DNA of 64,000 nucleotides from Monocercomonoides exilis PA203 (GCA_001643675.2 LSRY02000034.1:558001-622000); one strand, 5' to 3'; counted from the stretch's first letter, positions 17,588 to 31,328 are shown. Notes: generated by a model not told the origin, from the letters alone. A program made the numbers and translations.

Positions 17588-18126
17588 GATTAGTTGAGTG
17601 AACTCTACAATTTTTTGTTGGTTTTTTGTTATTTATTTTGTTTTTTATTTTATTTTGTTTAATTTTTACTTTCATTTCAAATTAACAAAATTGAAAAATA
17701 GAAAATGAAATTTGTTCTTAAAAAAATAATAATTTCTTTTGATGTGAAGTTATGAAATCAAATAGCAATTGAAAGAAGAGTTTTCATTTACATGTATAAA
17801 TTTGTAAAAACGGAATGTATATCATTAAACAGAGCAAGAAGCACAAATATTAAAAACAATCAACATGTAAGGACATGAGTAACTCAAAAACATCATTAAA
17901 TGAAGACAAATAAAAGTCAAAACAAATCAAATAAACTTTCAAAAAGAAAAAAAGAAAAAGAACTCTCAATTAACGCTTTGATGATGAAAATAAAATAAAC
18001 TTAAATTTAATTTTTCATTGAAAACAAAAATGCTTCATGAAAACGTGCTGTTCATTCGATAAAACATTTCTTCAACAAAATAAAATATTTCGCAAAACAA
18101 TCATGAAATCCTTTGGAAGTTTATTA

Positions 18127-21100
18127 TCATCGCATTCGAAGATTTGGGCCTCTTTGCAACACTTCATAATTGAAATTGAAGAACGTTCTTTCAAAGTCGT
18201 CTTTTGGCTTTGTTGGAATTGTTCCTTTCATCATCCAAAAATGCTCGAGATTTCTGCCTTGAGGAAATGTTTCCACAAGATCTCGTATTCCTGTCTCTTC
18301 CAACAAATCTTCGAGTCTGCAATAGAGCAGCGTTCCTGTGTCATCTTGCTTCTGCGCTTCCTCTTCGTCTTCTGTGAAATCCAACAGTTCGAATTCTGTT
18401 CCTTCGTTTAGTTCCCCTCCTGAAAATATTGAACGTGGAATGCACTTTTCAACCTCCAAATTGGAGATCCCATCCCAGTTTCGAGAGAAACTGTTCCTGA
18501 ACATGTACTTTTCTTGTGTTGTTTTATTTTTCATCTGTCGTATTTCTTCGTTGGTAGGTCCCACCAACTCAAGTCGAATCTTGCGCGATGGCAGAGAGAA
18601 GATGATGGCAGCTTCGCGAATCTGAACAATTCCACGAATGAACAGCTGCGGAGAGCAAGGCGATAAGTCTGCCATCCACTCCAGAAACCTTGTCACATAG
18701 CCAGTCTCAAACGCAAATGGCAGCTCTTTCACAGTGTTCACAAGAACAATAGCCACAGCTTCGCATATCATTATTGGCACAGACTCCAAAGACGACGGAT
18801 AGAAATGCTTGTTCTTTGAATAGCCAACTGAATCAGCGGCGCACACTGGAAAGCGGGACGAGAGTTTGGATGCAAGAAACCCGAAAAATGGACGGAGGAT
18901 AATGTCATCTGCACAGCTCTTGTTTGAACTAATTGCAAACAAAATACAACTTATGTTGTGGTTGAGGCGATAAGCTGTCATTGAATAATGAAGTTGCTGA
19001 GAACGCTGACTGATTGCATCATTGTTACGTTGTATGCACACGTCAAAGCCAAACCTATAATTGATATTAGATATGTATTGGGTAGATGCAGCAACCCTTA
19101 ATGAAAGAGCTTCGAAATAAAGTTCAAATGCCATGTCGTAATCACTTGCTGTATGGCAATTCTCAAGGGAAGGTTCAAAAGCAGTAATCCCAAGATCGTT
19201 TGGAAATGACAGTAATTTTTTTATTAAAACTCAACTTATCGTCTTCTGAATTGCACGGCAATTCTGATGACGATTGTGCAAGCAATGAATCATTCAACTT
19301 GGCTTCTGCCATCTCCTTCTCGATCAAGTGGAGGTCAGACACAATCTGCTCTTCAACAGAAGACAAACAACGAATAAGCATGAAATTCGGAAGCAATTGA
19401 AATAGCAGTTCAATGCAACTGCAAGCTAAAGTGTTGAACCGACTCAATGGAAAACTTCAAGAGAAAAAAAGAGTTGTGAAAAAAATGTGTTATTATCCAA
19501 AAAATGAAAATTCAAATAAAAAAATCACAAAAACAAAAACTTATTTCTCTTCTTTCCGAAGTCATCAGCCACACTTCTTAAGACGATTCAGTCGATCAAA
19601 TAGCGTTGTTAATATATTTTCTGGAATCTCTTGACAACCGCCGCTGTCGCGTTGAATAGCTGTGAAGATTAGAAGAAAAAGGCAAAACGAATATTTTCAA
19701 CAAATAAACACAAAAATCACGCACAGAAGCAGAGCTGGAAGAACACAAATAAAAAAGAACAACATTAAATAAAAATAAAAAAATTTCACTTGTCTTTTCC
19801 CCAAAACATACAATACATTTTTAAGAAAGAAGTCAGTGACAAAAGAGTTTCCTGAACTTGCTTCATGTTTTCTGTTGTGTCGCATGCTGTCAAAGGGATG
19901 CTCCTCTTGCAAGCATCACAACTTTCAATATTTGCAATTGCATCAGCGTAGGAACAGTCTTGATCTTCGTCTCCTGCTTTCGCTTTTTCATCTTCTATTT
20001 TTTCATTTATTTTGTCTGATAAAATTTCAGACTTTCTTTTTCTTTTCTTCTTTGCTGCTTCCTTTTCCAGTTCTTCTTTCTTCTTTTTTTCTTCCCTCTC
20101 TGCAATTGCTTTTTCTTTTAATTCTTTTGTTTTCTGAGACAGATACTCCTCTTCAGCTCCATCTGGCAGCTCCAACCCTTCTAACAGCAACATCAGCATT
20201 CTCTTCGGAACAAGTGTCAAATATCCACCATGCTCAAGAGAGAAAATAATTCGAGCTGCTTCAAGCCGAATATTCAGAGGGAGGCGAACGTGCTTCTCGT
20301 TGCTGCTGTCTCCATTATGCTGTTCTGTGGCTGTTGACGAAGAAGAAGAGGAAAGAAATGATTCACCCGATTTTTCATCTTCAATAATTATCAAATCTCC
20401 TTCTCCATTTGGCGTCTCGATTTTTTGATTCTTCTGTTTTCGTTTTGAGTCTGTGATTTTTTTGCTGTTTTTCTTTGTTTGAGTTGCTGTCTTCTTCTTT
20501 GATTGTGCTTCCCTTGTCTTCTTTCTTCGAGCTATTTCACTTCCGTCGTCATTTGTAAAGTATTTTAAAATTAATTCTTCCTCGTTGTGAGTTCTGTAAA
20601 AATTGAAGAAGTCTTGACTTTCTTTTAAACTTTTCCCTTGAAACAGGTTTCTTTTTCGCAATCCCAACGCAATTTCAAGAACAGCATGCAGAAAGTCGAG
20701 ACCTCTCAGTTCCCTCCGAGCATCTTTGCTAAGCTTCATTGTCAAATGCTTCAGCTTTGTCATGCAGTGCAATATTGCACAAAGAGTGAAATGCAGGCAA
20801 TCAATCGAATCACATTGAACTAAAAGGCTTTTGACACCATCAAAATATCCCTGCTCAGCCATCAATTTGAACTCTCCCTTTTCTGCCAATCTGGCAAAGT
20901 GAAATAGTATTTTCCCAAAAACACTCAAAGTTTCATCGTTTTCAGATGCTTGGATTTGTTTGACAATTGCAGGAATAGCCTTTCCATCATTTATAATGTC
21001 GTGGAGAAGAGGCGATGTTGAATAATATGAAACTCCAACAGTCCTTCTTGTATTTAGCCAGCTATGGAATTCATATCGTTCTCTGGCATTAGTCGAGACT

Positions 21101-21430
21101 TTTTTTTGCTTTAAAGCGCAAAAGCTGTCAGAATATGATTCTGGATTTAAAATAATCTCCAAAACAGATGCAAAAACTCTCGTGTCTTCTTCGTTATTTG
21201 TGAAATTGAAGACTTTGCTGCACGCATTTATCAACGAGTGCAAAATGCTTGCAGGAACCACATCCATTTTCCCTTTGTATTTCACAATGATGTCTTGAAT
21301 TTCATTTGAACTTTCGAGCAAATCCTGGTGTTTAGTCAATTTTTTTCCGCTGCTAAAAAATAAAAGCAATTTCAATTTAAAAAGCGCGCAAACGTCAATT
21401 TGTTTGTCAATTCCTCCAATCTGTCAATAG
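18127..21430 (-). CDS. Large multi-exon hypothetical protein (helical, charged), with one apparent homopolymer frameshift
   Basis: Collinear ORFs 21375-19786, 19447-19175, 19134-18127 separated by AT-rich intron-like gaps; a small exon at ~21430-21394 splices in frame; start not found. Confidence 0.65.
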
Positions 21431-22027
21431 CTGTTGAAAAAAGAAAAAATAGAAATCAGTGTGAGAAGTTCAATCATTGCCAACATTTGCTTTTCTCTTC
21501 ATTCATTTTTTTGTTCTGTCGCATTCAAACACAAACAGCATGAAAAAAAGCAATTTTTGAAAAAAATAAAAAATGAAATCAAATTGCGAATTACCCACAT
21601 GAAAATATATATTAATGAAACAACAGTTAATGAGTGAAATTGTTATAAACCCCTGCAGCCAATTTTACAGCTTTCTCTTTGCTTAAACTTGATTCTAAAA
21701 ATGCCATTTTACAAATATTTTGTTTATGGGATATGGATTTTTTCGTCGAGAACAATCGTTGAACTTCAACACCTCCTTATTTTGGGAGTGAGCACCATAT
21801 TAAGGGCTCAGTCGTTCAAGTGAAGTGCGAACGGTGAATGGCAAGTAAAAATTAAGGAATAAAATAATCGTTATTAAAAATTAACAATTGATGTGCAAAA
21901 ACAAAGTGCACAAGGTGGTGTTGATAAATTACTACAAACAATTACAAAAGTGAGTGAATTGGACAAATTTGTGCCGAACATATCTCATTTCCGAAGGGTG
22001 GGAAGAGCTTTACTCGTGGTGGGAAAA

Positions 22028-22128
22028 GAGGTGTTGAAGTTCTTGATTGTTCTCAGCGAATCAAAATGCAAAGCCTTTTAATTCTTAAGAACAATCGTTG
22101 AACTTCAACATCTCCTTATTTGGGGAGT
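22028..22128. repeat. DIRS internal complementary region (ICR)
   Basis: 22063-22128 is near the reverse complement of ~26047-26112; 22028-22060 is an imperfect reverse complement of ~21742-21775. Confidence 0.85.
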
Positions 22129-22156
22129 AAAATAGTTGGGATTTCCTTCTTAAAAA

Positions 22157-25100
22157 TTAAGCTCCGACTCCAATTATTGTATTCAGAATTGCAACTGCTC
22201 CTTCCTGATTTCTTTCCACAAAAATCTCTTCGTGATCAATGTTTGCTTCTCCAGGTTCTTCAACCTTGTTGGGGAATATTGTTTCTCCTTCAGAGGCCTT
22301 TGGAAAATTCGTAGATGTGGTTTGCGCTGACTGAGCATAATCGTTTCTATCCTGCAAGCACATCTGGCTTTGAGGTTTCCTATTGTCGACCGTTGATAAC
22401 AAGGTGTCAGCCATCCTTGAAGCTAAATTTGCTTTGAAGTGTGAACGAGTTGGAGTGTGTGAGTTTGGGGACATACGCGCGTGCCTTGCAACCATTGCTT
22501 CCGGAACTCCTTTGGACAATAGTGCTGAATTAGCTGCATTCTTGAGGGTGTAAGGTCGATATTCACCTGGAATCCCAATCTGAGTCATTCCAAGGCGGGC
22601 CAACTTACGAATTCCTTCTGTCTTAAGCAGAGTGTGCTCTACCGTGTTGAGAAAAATGTGTCTCTATTTTCATATGTTATCCTAACTCTACACCAAAGTG
22701 ATTTGACAGCTCTTCCTGGGCAAACCTTTTCGTCCGCACATTTCATAATTGGAACTGTTATATATGAGGGTGTTGAAGATGTTTTCAAATTTGTGAATAA
22801 ATGGATGGAGTCCTCTTGTATAACGGATTGGTTCATGGATATTCTTTCCATCTCACGGAAGCGACATGCTGTGAAAATAATTAACAGGATAATGCATTTT
22901 ACGGTCAGATCGAAGAACGATAATTCCTCATTTGGAGGCATGCGATTGAAATAGTCAAATACTATTGAAGGGGACCACATTGATGTGTAAGGTTTCCTTG
23001 GAATGTGAGATCGATGGAACGAGCGGAATAATGTCTCTATCAGCGGGACTTGTCCCAGGTTTTCTCCGTAACAGATTCTGGTGAATAACGAGACCGCGGA
23101 TCTCGTTGTGCAAAAGCATGAATATGGGAAACCTTTATCTCTCAACTTTATGAAAATGTTCGCACAGATCTGGAACCAATCGCTGAATTCCTTCGAAAAG
23201 TCTCCATATCCCTCTTCCTCCAACGCCAGTGAGAAATGCGCAAAGCCGAACGTGTACGAAGACCAAGTTGTGGAAGCGACACTATTTCGAGACTCAAAGA
23301 TAATGAGATCAGGAACATTGAACCTTTTTAGCCCGCGCTTCCACCATTCCTCCCCGATTTCCATTACCAATTTAGTTTCCCCGCAATGTAACCTCCTGGT
23401 GGGAGAGATGCTCCTGTTCTCTTTAAGCCTATGCCTGGTTGAAGAATAGTTTGCGAATTCTTCCAATTTACGAAGCGTGTCATCATTCTTTTCAATAGAG
23501 GCGTCCAGATTTGATCTCTCCAGGCTGGAATAAGAATAACTGCTCTTGCTCTCTCTCTCCAAATCTTCCTCAGACACGGAAGGATAAGCGGAACAGGGGG
23601 ATGAACTAGAGTCACCGTATTTCCAACTTACGGCCAATCCGTCCTCTGCGAAGGGACTTCCTGGTCCAAACCGAATTTGTGCTTTGTTGTTTCCTTGACT
23701 TGCGAATGCATCCTGTTCTATTTCGACATTCAACTGCTTCTGAACCTCCTCCATTCCCTTCCGTGTGATCTGGTAGTCTCATGATCTTTTTAGTCTTGAT
23801 AAGGAATCTGCTGCACTGTTCAAAATGCCTGGAAGGTGAATCGCTTTCACTTTGATCTCCATCTGGAGAATTGCTCGTCTGATCTTTCTTATGATGCCGA
23901 TTAAATTTCTTCCTGCAGCCCAGCGGTTTATGTTGAAGACAACGCTTGAGTTGTCTGATCTTAGGAGCAGATTCTTCACTTTGTATTTCTTGATATAGGG
24001 CTCGAAATGGTTGAGAGAAAGGAGAACTGCCAGTGATTCCTTGAAATTTGAACTTTGCGAAATGAATCTTCGATTGAAAGGCTGATGATAATGGTAACAT
24101 GCTCCGTTGACTTCTAAGATGGCTCCACATGCCCGAGGGGCTGCATCTGTTGTTAATACCGCATCTGGAACTGAGTAAATTTCCAAATCTCTTCTTTCTT
24201 CCTTCCTCAAGCGCGATTCCCAATCTGAGATTTGTTTGAAAACTCCGTGATTCATCGCGAATTCTCCATCCCATCCATTTTTTCGAACAATTTTGTTGAG
24301 CAGAGTGTATAATCTGTTCATTTGAAGCCCTGCGTCTTTGCAAACAAATCGCACTGCACTTATTGAACCGATGAATGAGGCATAATCTCTTGTTTTTACT
24401 GTCGCTGCAATTTTTGCCTTTGTCATCCACCGCTTGCACTCCTTGCTTAATGCCTTCCTTCTGTTCCTTTCCAGTGCAACTGTCATCTTTGTCGTTCTCC
24501 AAGTCCAACCCAAGAAGTTGAAGACTTGTCTCGGAGTTATACTGCTCTTTTCCACATTGACCATAAGTCCAAGCTCTGCAAACCATTTTATCACTTTGTC
24601 CGTCACTTCTGTCAGATGGATAGGGTTTTGGTGGATAAGGATAACGTCGTCCAAGTATGCCATCCATTTCACATCCCATAGCTCTCTGATGCTTTGCAAT
24701 ACCTTTCTCATCAGTCGCGTGAAGATCTGTGGAGCATCCTTGAACCCGAATGGCATGCCGCGAAAAGCGAATGTTTCTTCGTGAAAGGAAAAGGCGAGAA
24801 ACGGAACAAACGAATCGTGAACTGGGACGAGGAAGTATGCTTGGGATAAATCTAAAGTGGTGGCGAAATCGTTGTGCTCTAATTATCTTTCCAAAGTCCG
24901 GTGGTCTTCCATTTTGAAATGGATGTTCTTCACAGCGGCATTTAACGGACGGCAGTCTCGAATTTGTCGGTATTTTCCATCTTTTTTTGGGATGAAAAAC
25001 ATGTTGCTCAGGCAACGCACCTTCTTCCTGTCTATTTTTGAAATGACACCTGTTGCTAAACCTTCTCTTATCCAAGCGGAACAGGCTAACTCTTCCTTCT

Positions 25101-25180
25101 GACCTCCGAGGAAGCCCTTGTTCATTCGAACTTCTCTCATCAATCTGTCCTTTGCCTGTTTCCCCTTCCAGATCGGGCAT
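22157..25180 (-). pseudogene. DIRS tyrosine recombinase ORF with long N-terminal region overlapping pol
   Basis: ACRFREM, CPGRAVK, YTLKNAANS, ARHARM; breaks at ~23615 and ~22635; expected H-x-x-R and Tyr residues are altered. Confidence 0.8.
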
Positions 25181-25272
25181 ATTCCCTCAGAAATAGCATT
25201 TTTGACACCGATCTTTTTCCACTCCTCGGAGGACAATCGAGTTCTTCCACCCACTATTGCTTCTTTCCCCAC
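23364..25272 (-). pseudogene. DIRS pol: reverse transcriptase, RNase H and adenine methyltransferase-like domain
   Basis: FFIPKKDG, LDLSQAY, MPFG, YLDD; TDAA, SDN, HLPGILNSAADSLSR; DAFAS, VHPP, LIPAW. In-frame stops at 24883 and 23779, frameshift ~23615. Confidence 0.92.
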
Positions 25273-26010
25273 GCTTTCCTGGAAAATGTTCCTTGTCGAG
25301 GCCCGCTGTTGCGGGCCTGCACGCGAAAAAATCTTGTTCTAGTGATTCTTCTTTTTGGTTGAGGTTTAGCCGTTGAGTGTTTGGCTTCAAGAATGGGCTT
25401 GATGATCTCGAGTTTGTCGCTAGTTATTAGAGGATCTTCTGAGCCATCCTTCAGAACTCGAGCTGCCCTGAAACCATATTCGGCCTGAATGCGGGAATGT
25501 CTTGCCTCTTGCAACGCAGCAATGATCATAAGCACCGCATCAGCAAGTCTATCCCGTTGCGAAGCTCCTTCATCCTGTAGTAAAATTAGCGCCTTCACAG
25601 CGGGAAATAGATATTGCTCCACTCTCCAACCGCTCGAATCCAAGGCATCCTTTATCCAATTTGAAGATCTTGAATGGGCATGTGTTTGCGATGGTATGAA
25701 TGGGACAAATGATAAAGATTCATAAGCATTCTTGGTTTCCTAAACATCTGCGCGATCAAGCTGAAAATTTAATACTGGAGCAGACACAGCTTTTCCGAAG
25801 AGTTCCGTAGATAAAGTTGCCAGTTTGTTGGTTGACGGAATCACCTGTGACCCGCTGTGACTTTGGCTTGATTGAGTCTGTGAGATGGGGGATGTTGAGC
25901 TACTTGTGGAGTTGGATTGAGATAGATCCAAGCCGCCCGTTGGTCCGCCCGCAGAGAATATACTGCTTGGTTCAGACGCAGGTCCAAAATTAGAAGCTTC
26001 AATTTCCATT
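25254..26010 (-). pseudogene. DIRS gag-like ORF1 with an in-frame TAG at 25740
   Basis: Position between ITR and pol; ORFs 26054-25740 and 25643-25254 share a frame. Confidence 0.65.
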
Positions 26011-27840
26011 GATCTGTTGAACGACTGAGCCCTTAATATGGCGCTCACTCCCAAAATAAGGAGGTGTTGAAGTTTAACGATTGTTCTTAAGAATTAAAAG
26101 GCTTTGCATTTTAATTTGTGTTTTGAAAAAACAATAAAGAAAATGAAACTAACTTGCTGAATATGACAGCATCACTGTCAAGCAGAATTAAGAATAAAAA
26201 AATTATAAACTTTAAATTTTTTTGATTTCTAATTGTTGACATTTCTTTTTCTATAAAAATAAATGAAAAAGAGTTTGTGTCAAACATTTGAAGCCATATA
26301 TTTGTCAAAACCAAAATTTTTGCTAACGAATAAATACTTGAAACAAAATGAATATATATTTGTCAAAAATCTTGTGTGAAGAAACTTTCATAATAGGAGG
26401 ACACTTTCCAAATGGCCTGACAGTAGCCTTTTCTCAGCAGCTAATGAATACTGAATTTCGATTTTTTCCCACATCATTCGTAAGGTGAATATGAGTACTT
26501 GAAGCATTCCGATAATCCTTCTTTCACTTTCATTTATTTTTTTTTAAAAATAAATTTTGTATTTCGTAGAAATGAGGACTTTATTGTTATTTTGTTTTTA
26601 AGCAAATAATTGTTAAAACAAGTTATTTTTGATTAATTTTTCAAACGAAGTTATTGAAAAAATAATAAAATAAAAAAATAAAAAAAAATTCAATTTGTGA
26701 AGTTTTGCTATGGAAAAATCGAAAAATTTTTCCACGTGTCCACCTTCATTTCGCATCCCTCATCTATCTCAACTTTCCTCTTTTTTCCTCTTTTTTCTAA
26801 TATTTTCTATTTGTAATCGCCTTTTGTTGCTTTTCCGATTCCCTTATTCATTCATTCTCTGCATTCTCTGCATTCTCTGCTCTCCTCTGTCTCAACGCCT
26901 TCATTTATCAATTTCAGCTCTGTTGAGATTCCAGACAGAGATCCTTCCAGCTTTTCAATCGAGAAAGAACTTAGCCTGCTTGCGGTGCACTCGTCCCTCT
27001 TTTACAGAAAACTTCTTTCCTTCCTCTTTCAGCATTTCTTGCTCCCTCGAAAAGAGCTGAGGTGATAAGAGCGTTTAACTCAGTAGCTGCGCTGTTAACA
27101 ATACACATTGTCCGTTCTGCCCCTTTCAATGAATTCTTCTTCTTCTTCTTCCTTAAAGAGTGTCAAGTTATCTGAATCTATTGTTTCGTTTAAGGCTCTG
27201 TTTTGAACCCTGCTATATGAGCTGTTTTATTTGCAAAGATATCTTTCTCCTGTGTATCAGTATATCCGCTGAAATCAACTAATCGCTCTTCTCCCTCCAC
27301 TTCTCGCAGCCTCCTCTTTTAACTTCACCATTTCCTGTAACTTTCAACAGAACATCCACCTTTCTTTTCCTTCAACACATTTTCAGTCTGTCGCGTTCGA
27401 AGACGGATAGTACCTTCGTCAAAAATCTTATCTCCACAAATCTTGCTATTGTTAGCGAAAGCGTTCTTCTTCTTCTTTCAGGGAAAAAACTGTCGGAAAG
27501 CTTCTTCAGAATGAAGCGATTTATCTTGACCACTTCTTCTTTCGACCTGATTTGCAGAAACAGGCAGCGTGAATATCAATAGCTGTTCTTTCACCAACGG
27601 CAACTCAGTCTTCACGAATTACTCCTCCACCAACCGTATCATCTTCTTCTCCGAAGCATTTGCGCTCAACATCGTACACTTTGAAGGTGACAACATGCTC
27701 CATGACACCTTCATGGGTCTCCTCTGAAGTGGATGCACTCTCCACTGCTTTGCCTCTCAATTTCTTTTCCAACTCTTCATCACAGTGTTGGATAGCTTGG
27801 ATGGAAAAGAAGCAACAGACGAAATGGTGCTCTTTGAACT

Positions 27841-28380
27841 TTGTTATTCTCAGTTGAGAAGAGAAAAGGAAAAGAGAAAGAAATTGAAATGCATAATTTT
27901 GATTCAAATGGGTTTTTGTCAGAAAGAGAAGTTGAAGGAGGTGTGGCAAAAGATTTGATCAGCAGTCGTGAAAACGAATTCGAGGTGGGTGTTTTCGTTT
28001 TGTTTGGGAATGCAGAATCTCCTTCATCAACAAATTCAGTCATTCTGAAGAACAGAAATGAATCTGATCAAAATGGAGATGAATGAATTGTTGAAGGAGG
28101 AAAAGAAGGAAAATAATCTTGTGCATTGATTGTAATTATAATGGCTATTGTTCTATTGTTTGTTCTCATAGTCGCAATAGCCTTTATTGTTCGTTGGAAG
28201 AAGGTGAAGAATAATGCAGAGGATCTGAGAGAGATTGTGAATGACAACATCAGAAAAGATCTGAAGGCTTTCGAGATTGCGACGAAGGAAATGGACTTTC
28301 CAAATTTTGAGATTAAAAATAAAGCTGATTCGCAGATGCTGAAAATCAAGTTGAAGAATGAATGCCAAAGGATAAAATGA
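27841..28380 (+). pseudogene. Remnant of a single-pass membrane protein gene (TM helix plus basic stop-transfer)
   Basis: IVIIMAIVLLFVLIVAIAFIVRWKK preceded by broken frames. Confidence 0.5.
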
Positions 28381-29617
28381 AGCATATTTGGATTTAATGA
28401 TATTTAATGGAAGAATTGATAAATTTTTATTCAACCATTTTTTGAAATTCCAGTCGCAAACATTATTTTGCAGTCATGAGAGCAGTAATAAAGATGCCAG
28501 AATTTTCTTTAGTTGACACAAAGGGGATATTATAACTCGAGATGTCTGGTCAAATAATTGATATGTTGGAAATCCAATATATAAAATAAAAGCTAATGGA
28601 GTTGGAAAAAGGCATATCATCTGGAAATAAGAATGGTAATTTGAATGGAACACTAATTTCCCAGCTTAGAATTATGTAATGTTGGTTGAGGGAGTTGACG
28701 GCATCGATAAGGGATTTGTGTGTATTTCCAATTTTTGCGATGTTGATAAAGGAATATGAGAAGAGACAGATGTGAATAATTCTGTTTTCTGTGAATAAAA
28801 CAATGTGAAGAAGAAGATGCAGGCTGTGAAAAGTTGACAAATAAGAAAAAGAAGTTAGCAAAGAAGAAAAGAATGCGCATATTGATCAAAGATAAAAGAG
28901 TATTCGTTGCTGTGAGTGTGATTGATGCTTCGCTTCATTGCAATGCCAGAAAAGACTATATCGCTTCTTCAATTTCAAAAACTGTGGTATCTTTTCCAAT
29001 TTCTTCTTCCTCTGCTTCAAGAGCTTGCGAAAAGTTATCATATCGATTGAATAATTCGTGATACTTCTTCCCTTCTCCATGGCACTCATTTTCGGTGAAT
29101 ATGTTTTCTTCTTCTTCCTTCACCTCTTTCAATTTTTCTGTCTCCAAATTTCTTTTTTTCTCTCCCCTCCTTTTCCATTTCCTTTTTATAATCAGAAATT
29201 ATCATAATCCATCAAATTCTTTTTTCACTTTTCGATTCATCATAAAATATAATCGTCTTTTTCTTTCCCTTCGCTCTCACTTGATTTTTCTTTCGTTCAT
29301 CTTTTTTGCTTTTCTAATTCATCCTCTTGACTTCGGAAAAGATTTTTCTTCTTTTTTTAAAGATCTCTTATTTTGATTCGCGACGAGAAGTCCAATCGCA
29401 TTAAGCGGAAGAAGAAGGAGGAGGAGGAGAATTTTACAGAAGTATTTCCATTGCCCATTATATTCATTAAATTAGATCCTTTGTGTTCTTTTCTTCTTCC
29501 TCCTTTGTCTTTTTCTTCTTGGCACTTCAAGATTTTGCTTGTGCTTCTTTCGTCAAATCGACTTGATTCATATCATTTCGATTTGAAATGGTTGTTTTTA
29601 GATGAGTTGTAAAAAAT

Positions 29618-31328
29618 TTATTCTGGTAGATGAATGGCCGCGAAAGGGGGAATTGAATTTATGTAACTTTTTGGGATTAACAGAAGAGGAGGAAGAAAAA
29701 CAAGAAATTGAAATTTCATTCGAAGAACTAAATTCAGTGAAGATAAAAAGATAAACAATTGATTATCAAACTGAAAAGTAGAAGAAGAAGAAATAGAATG
29801 AGTAGAAGAAGAAAAAGTTGGATTATGAAGTGAATCAGATGAAGCGGATGTATTGAAATCTGAATCAACAGGACAGTCCTGTGAATGTTGTGAATTGTCA
29901 GCACAGTTTTCATGAGGTGCTTCAGAACACACGGTTGCCTTCTGCAATTCATCTGCTGCTTCTCTAAAACATTGCTTGCCTTTACTCTGCCCTTTCCATA
30001 TCGCTTCGCTTTTATCGCTCCATTTTGCCAAAGTCGGCGGCCACAGATATTTCGGTGGCAGAAACGACGACAACCGCATTCCTCTTTTCCTCTTTGTGCT
30101 GCTCTGCACAAAACACGAATCCCCTTCCTTCTTTTCCACAAGCCCCACAAGCCCCACAAATCGCACTGGCTCGCTGGGTATTTCTGCTGCCCTTTCACTC
30201 GCCTGCAAACAAGAACGCGATCTTTTCAGCTTCTCCCACTTCTGAAGCAGAACACTCCCTTTGCTTTTCCCTTTGCCTTTTCCTTTTCCTTTGCTACTGC
30301 ATCTGCCCCAATTAATAAGTTCTGCAATCTGCTCCCTCTCAAATTCTTTCGAGCGAAGCATACTCTTCCATTCCTCGCTCGTTCGCTTCATCTTCACCCC
30401 TTTCATCAGCTCTTCTTCCTTCCCCAGAAGTTCCACTTCAAACTGCCCTCCATCCATTTTCTCCTCTTTGCACTTGCCTTTCCCATCATACGAAGATGTT
30501 ATGCGAGCTTCGTGCTCCGTTTGTTCTTTCTTTTTGTCTGGTTCACTCGCCAAAAGGAGGATATTGCTGCTCATGTACCATCTCCGTTCTCCTTCTTCCT
30601 TCAGCACACAAATTATCTTTCTTCGATTTTCTCTCAGAAAGCGCACCCTGCACCCGCCGTCAAGCGCCACAAGCAGCTCTTCGCTCATCTCGTTCAGCAG
30701 AAACGAGGTCAACTCTTCTGCATCGCACATCAGCCCAATTTCAAACGACCCATGCGACAGATACGACAACAGCGGGAAAAACATGCTGCACGATATCGGC
30801 GAGTTGCGCTTGTGCTTGAATGCAAGAATGTGCATGCACACCAGCAGAGACAGCGGAAACTGCCTTCGAAGTGCAACACGGCTTAGTTCACTTATTTCTT
30901 CTTTTGTGAACAATTCCAAAAACTTGCTTCCTCCAAATCCACTTTCCGCTTCGCGAGGCTGCTCCGCTGTGCGCCGCTTTTTCGCACTCGACTTTTTGGG
31001 TTTTTCAAACGAAAATGTCATCTCTTTCGCAACCTCCAAAACATTCTTCCACAGCGAAGGCCTCAACAGCGCTGACACAAACGGAGGCAGGTGCGAAAAC
31101 GCCACAAGCACCGAATTCAGATAGCATGTGTTCCCCAGATTCACAAACCCTTCAGCCCTCGTTTTGCTGAAGAAGCTCGATCTCAGCAGCGAATTCACCT
31201 CCGACGAACGGATAAAACTCGACACAGAAGCTCTGCTGCTATTACCCGCTGCTTCTGCGTTGCTTCAACAATGTTATAATCGGTTTTCGCCTTGACCACA
31301 GCTCTTGTTTGCAAATTTGATTCTTTCT
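29618..31328 (-). CDS. Ubiquitin-specific protease (USP, peptidase C19)-like; further, possibly decayed, exons to ~28480
   Basis: Cys box GFVNLGNTCYLNSVL and MCDAEELTSFLL (QxDAxE box). No intact His box seen. Confidence 0.75.

Larger units (their letters stand above)
21739..26112 (-). mobile_element. DIRS1-type tyrosine-recombinase retrotransposon, full length, mutated
   Basis: ITRs 21750-21819 and 26017-26086, terminal extensions, ICR 22028-22128, and gag, RT, RNase H, methyltransferase and YR coding regions. Confidence 0.93.

Noticed and set aside
29912-31124. Long plus-strand ORFs (324 and 287 aa)
   Set aside because: Antisense shadows of the GC-rich USP exon with no motifs.
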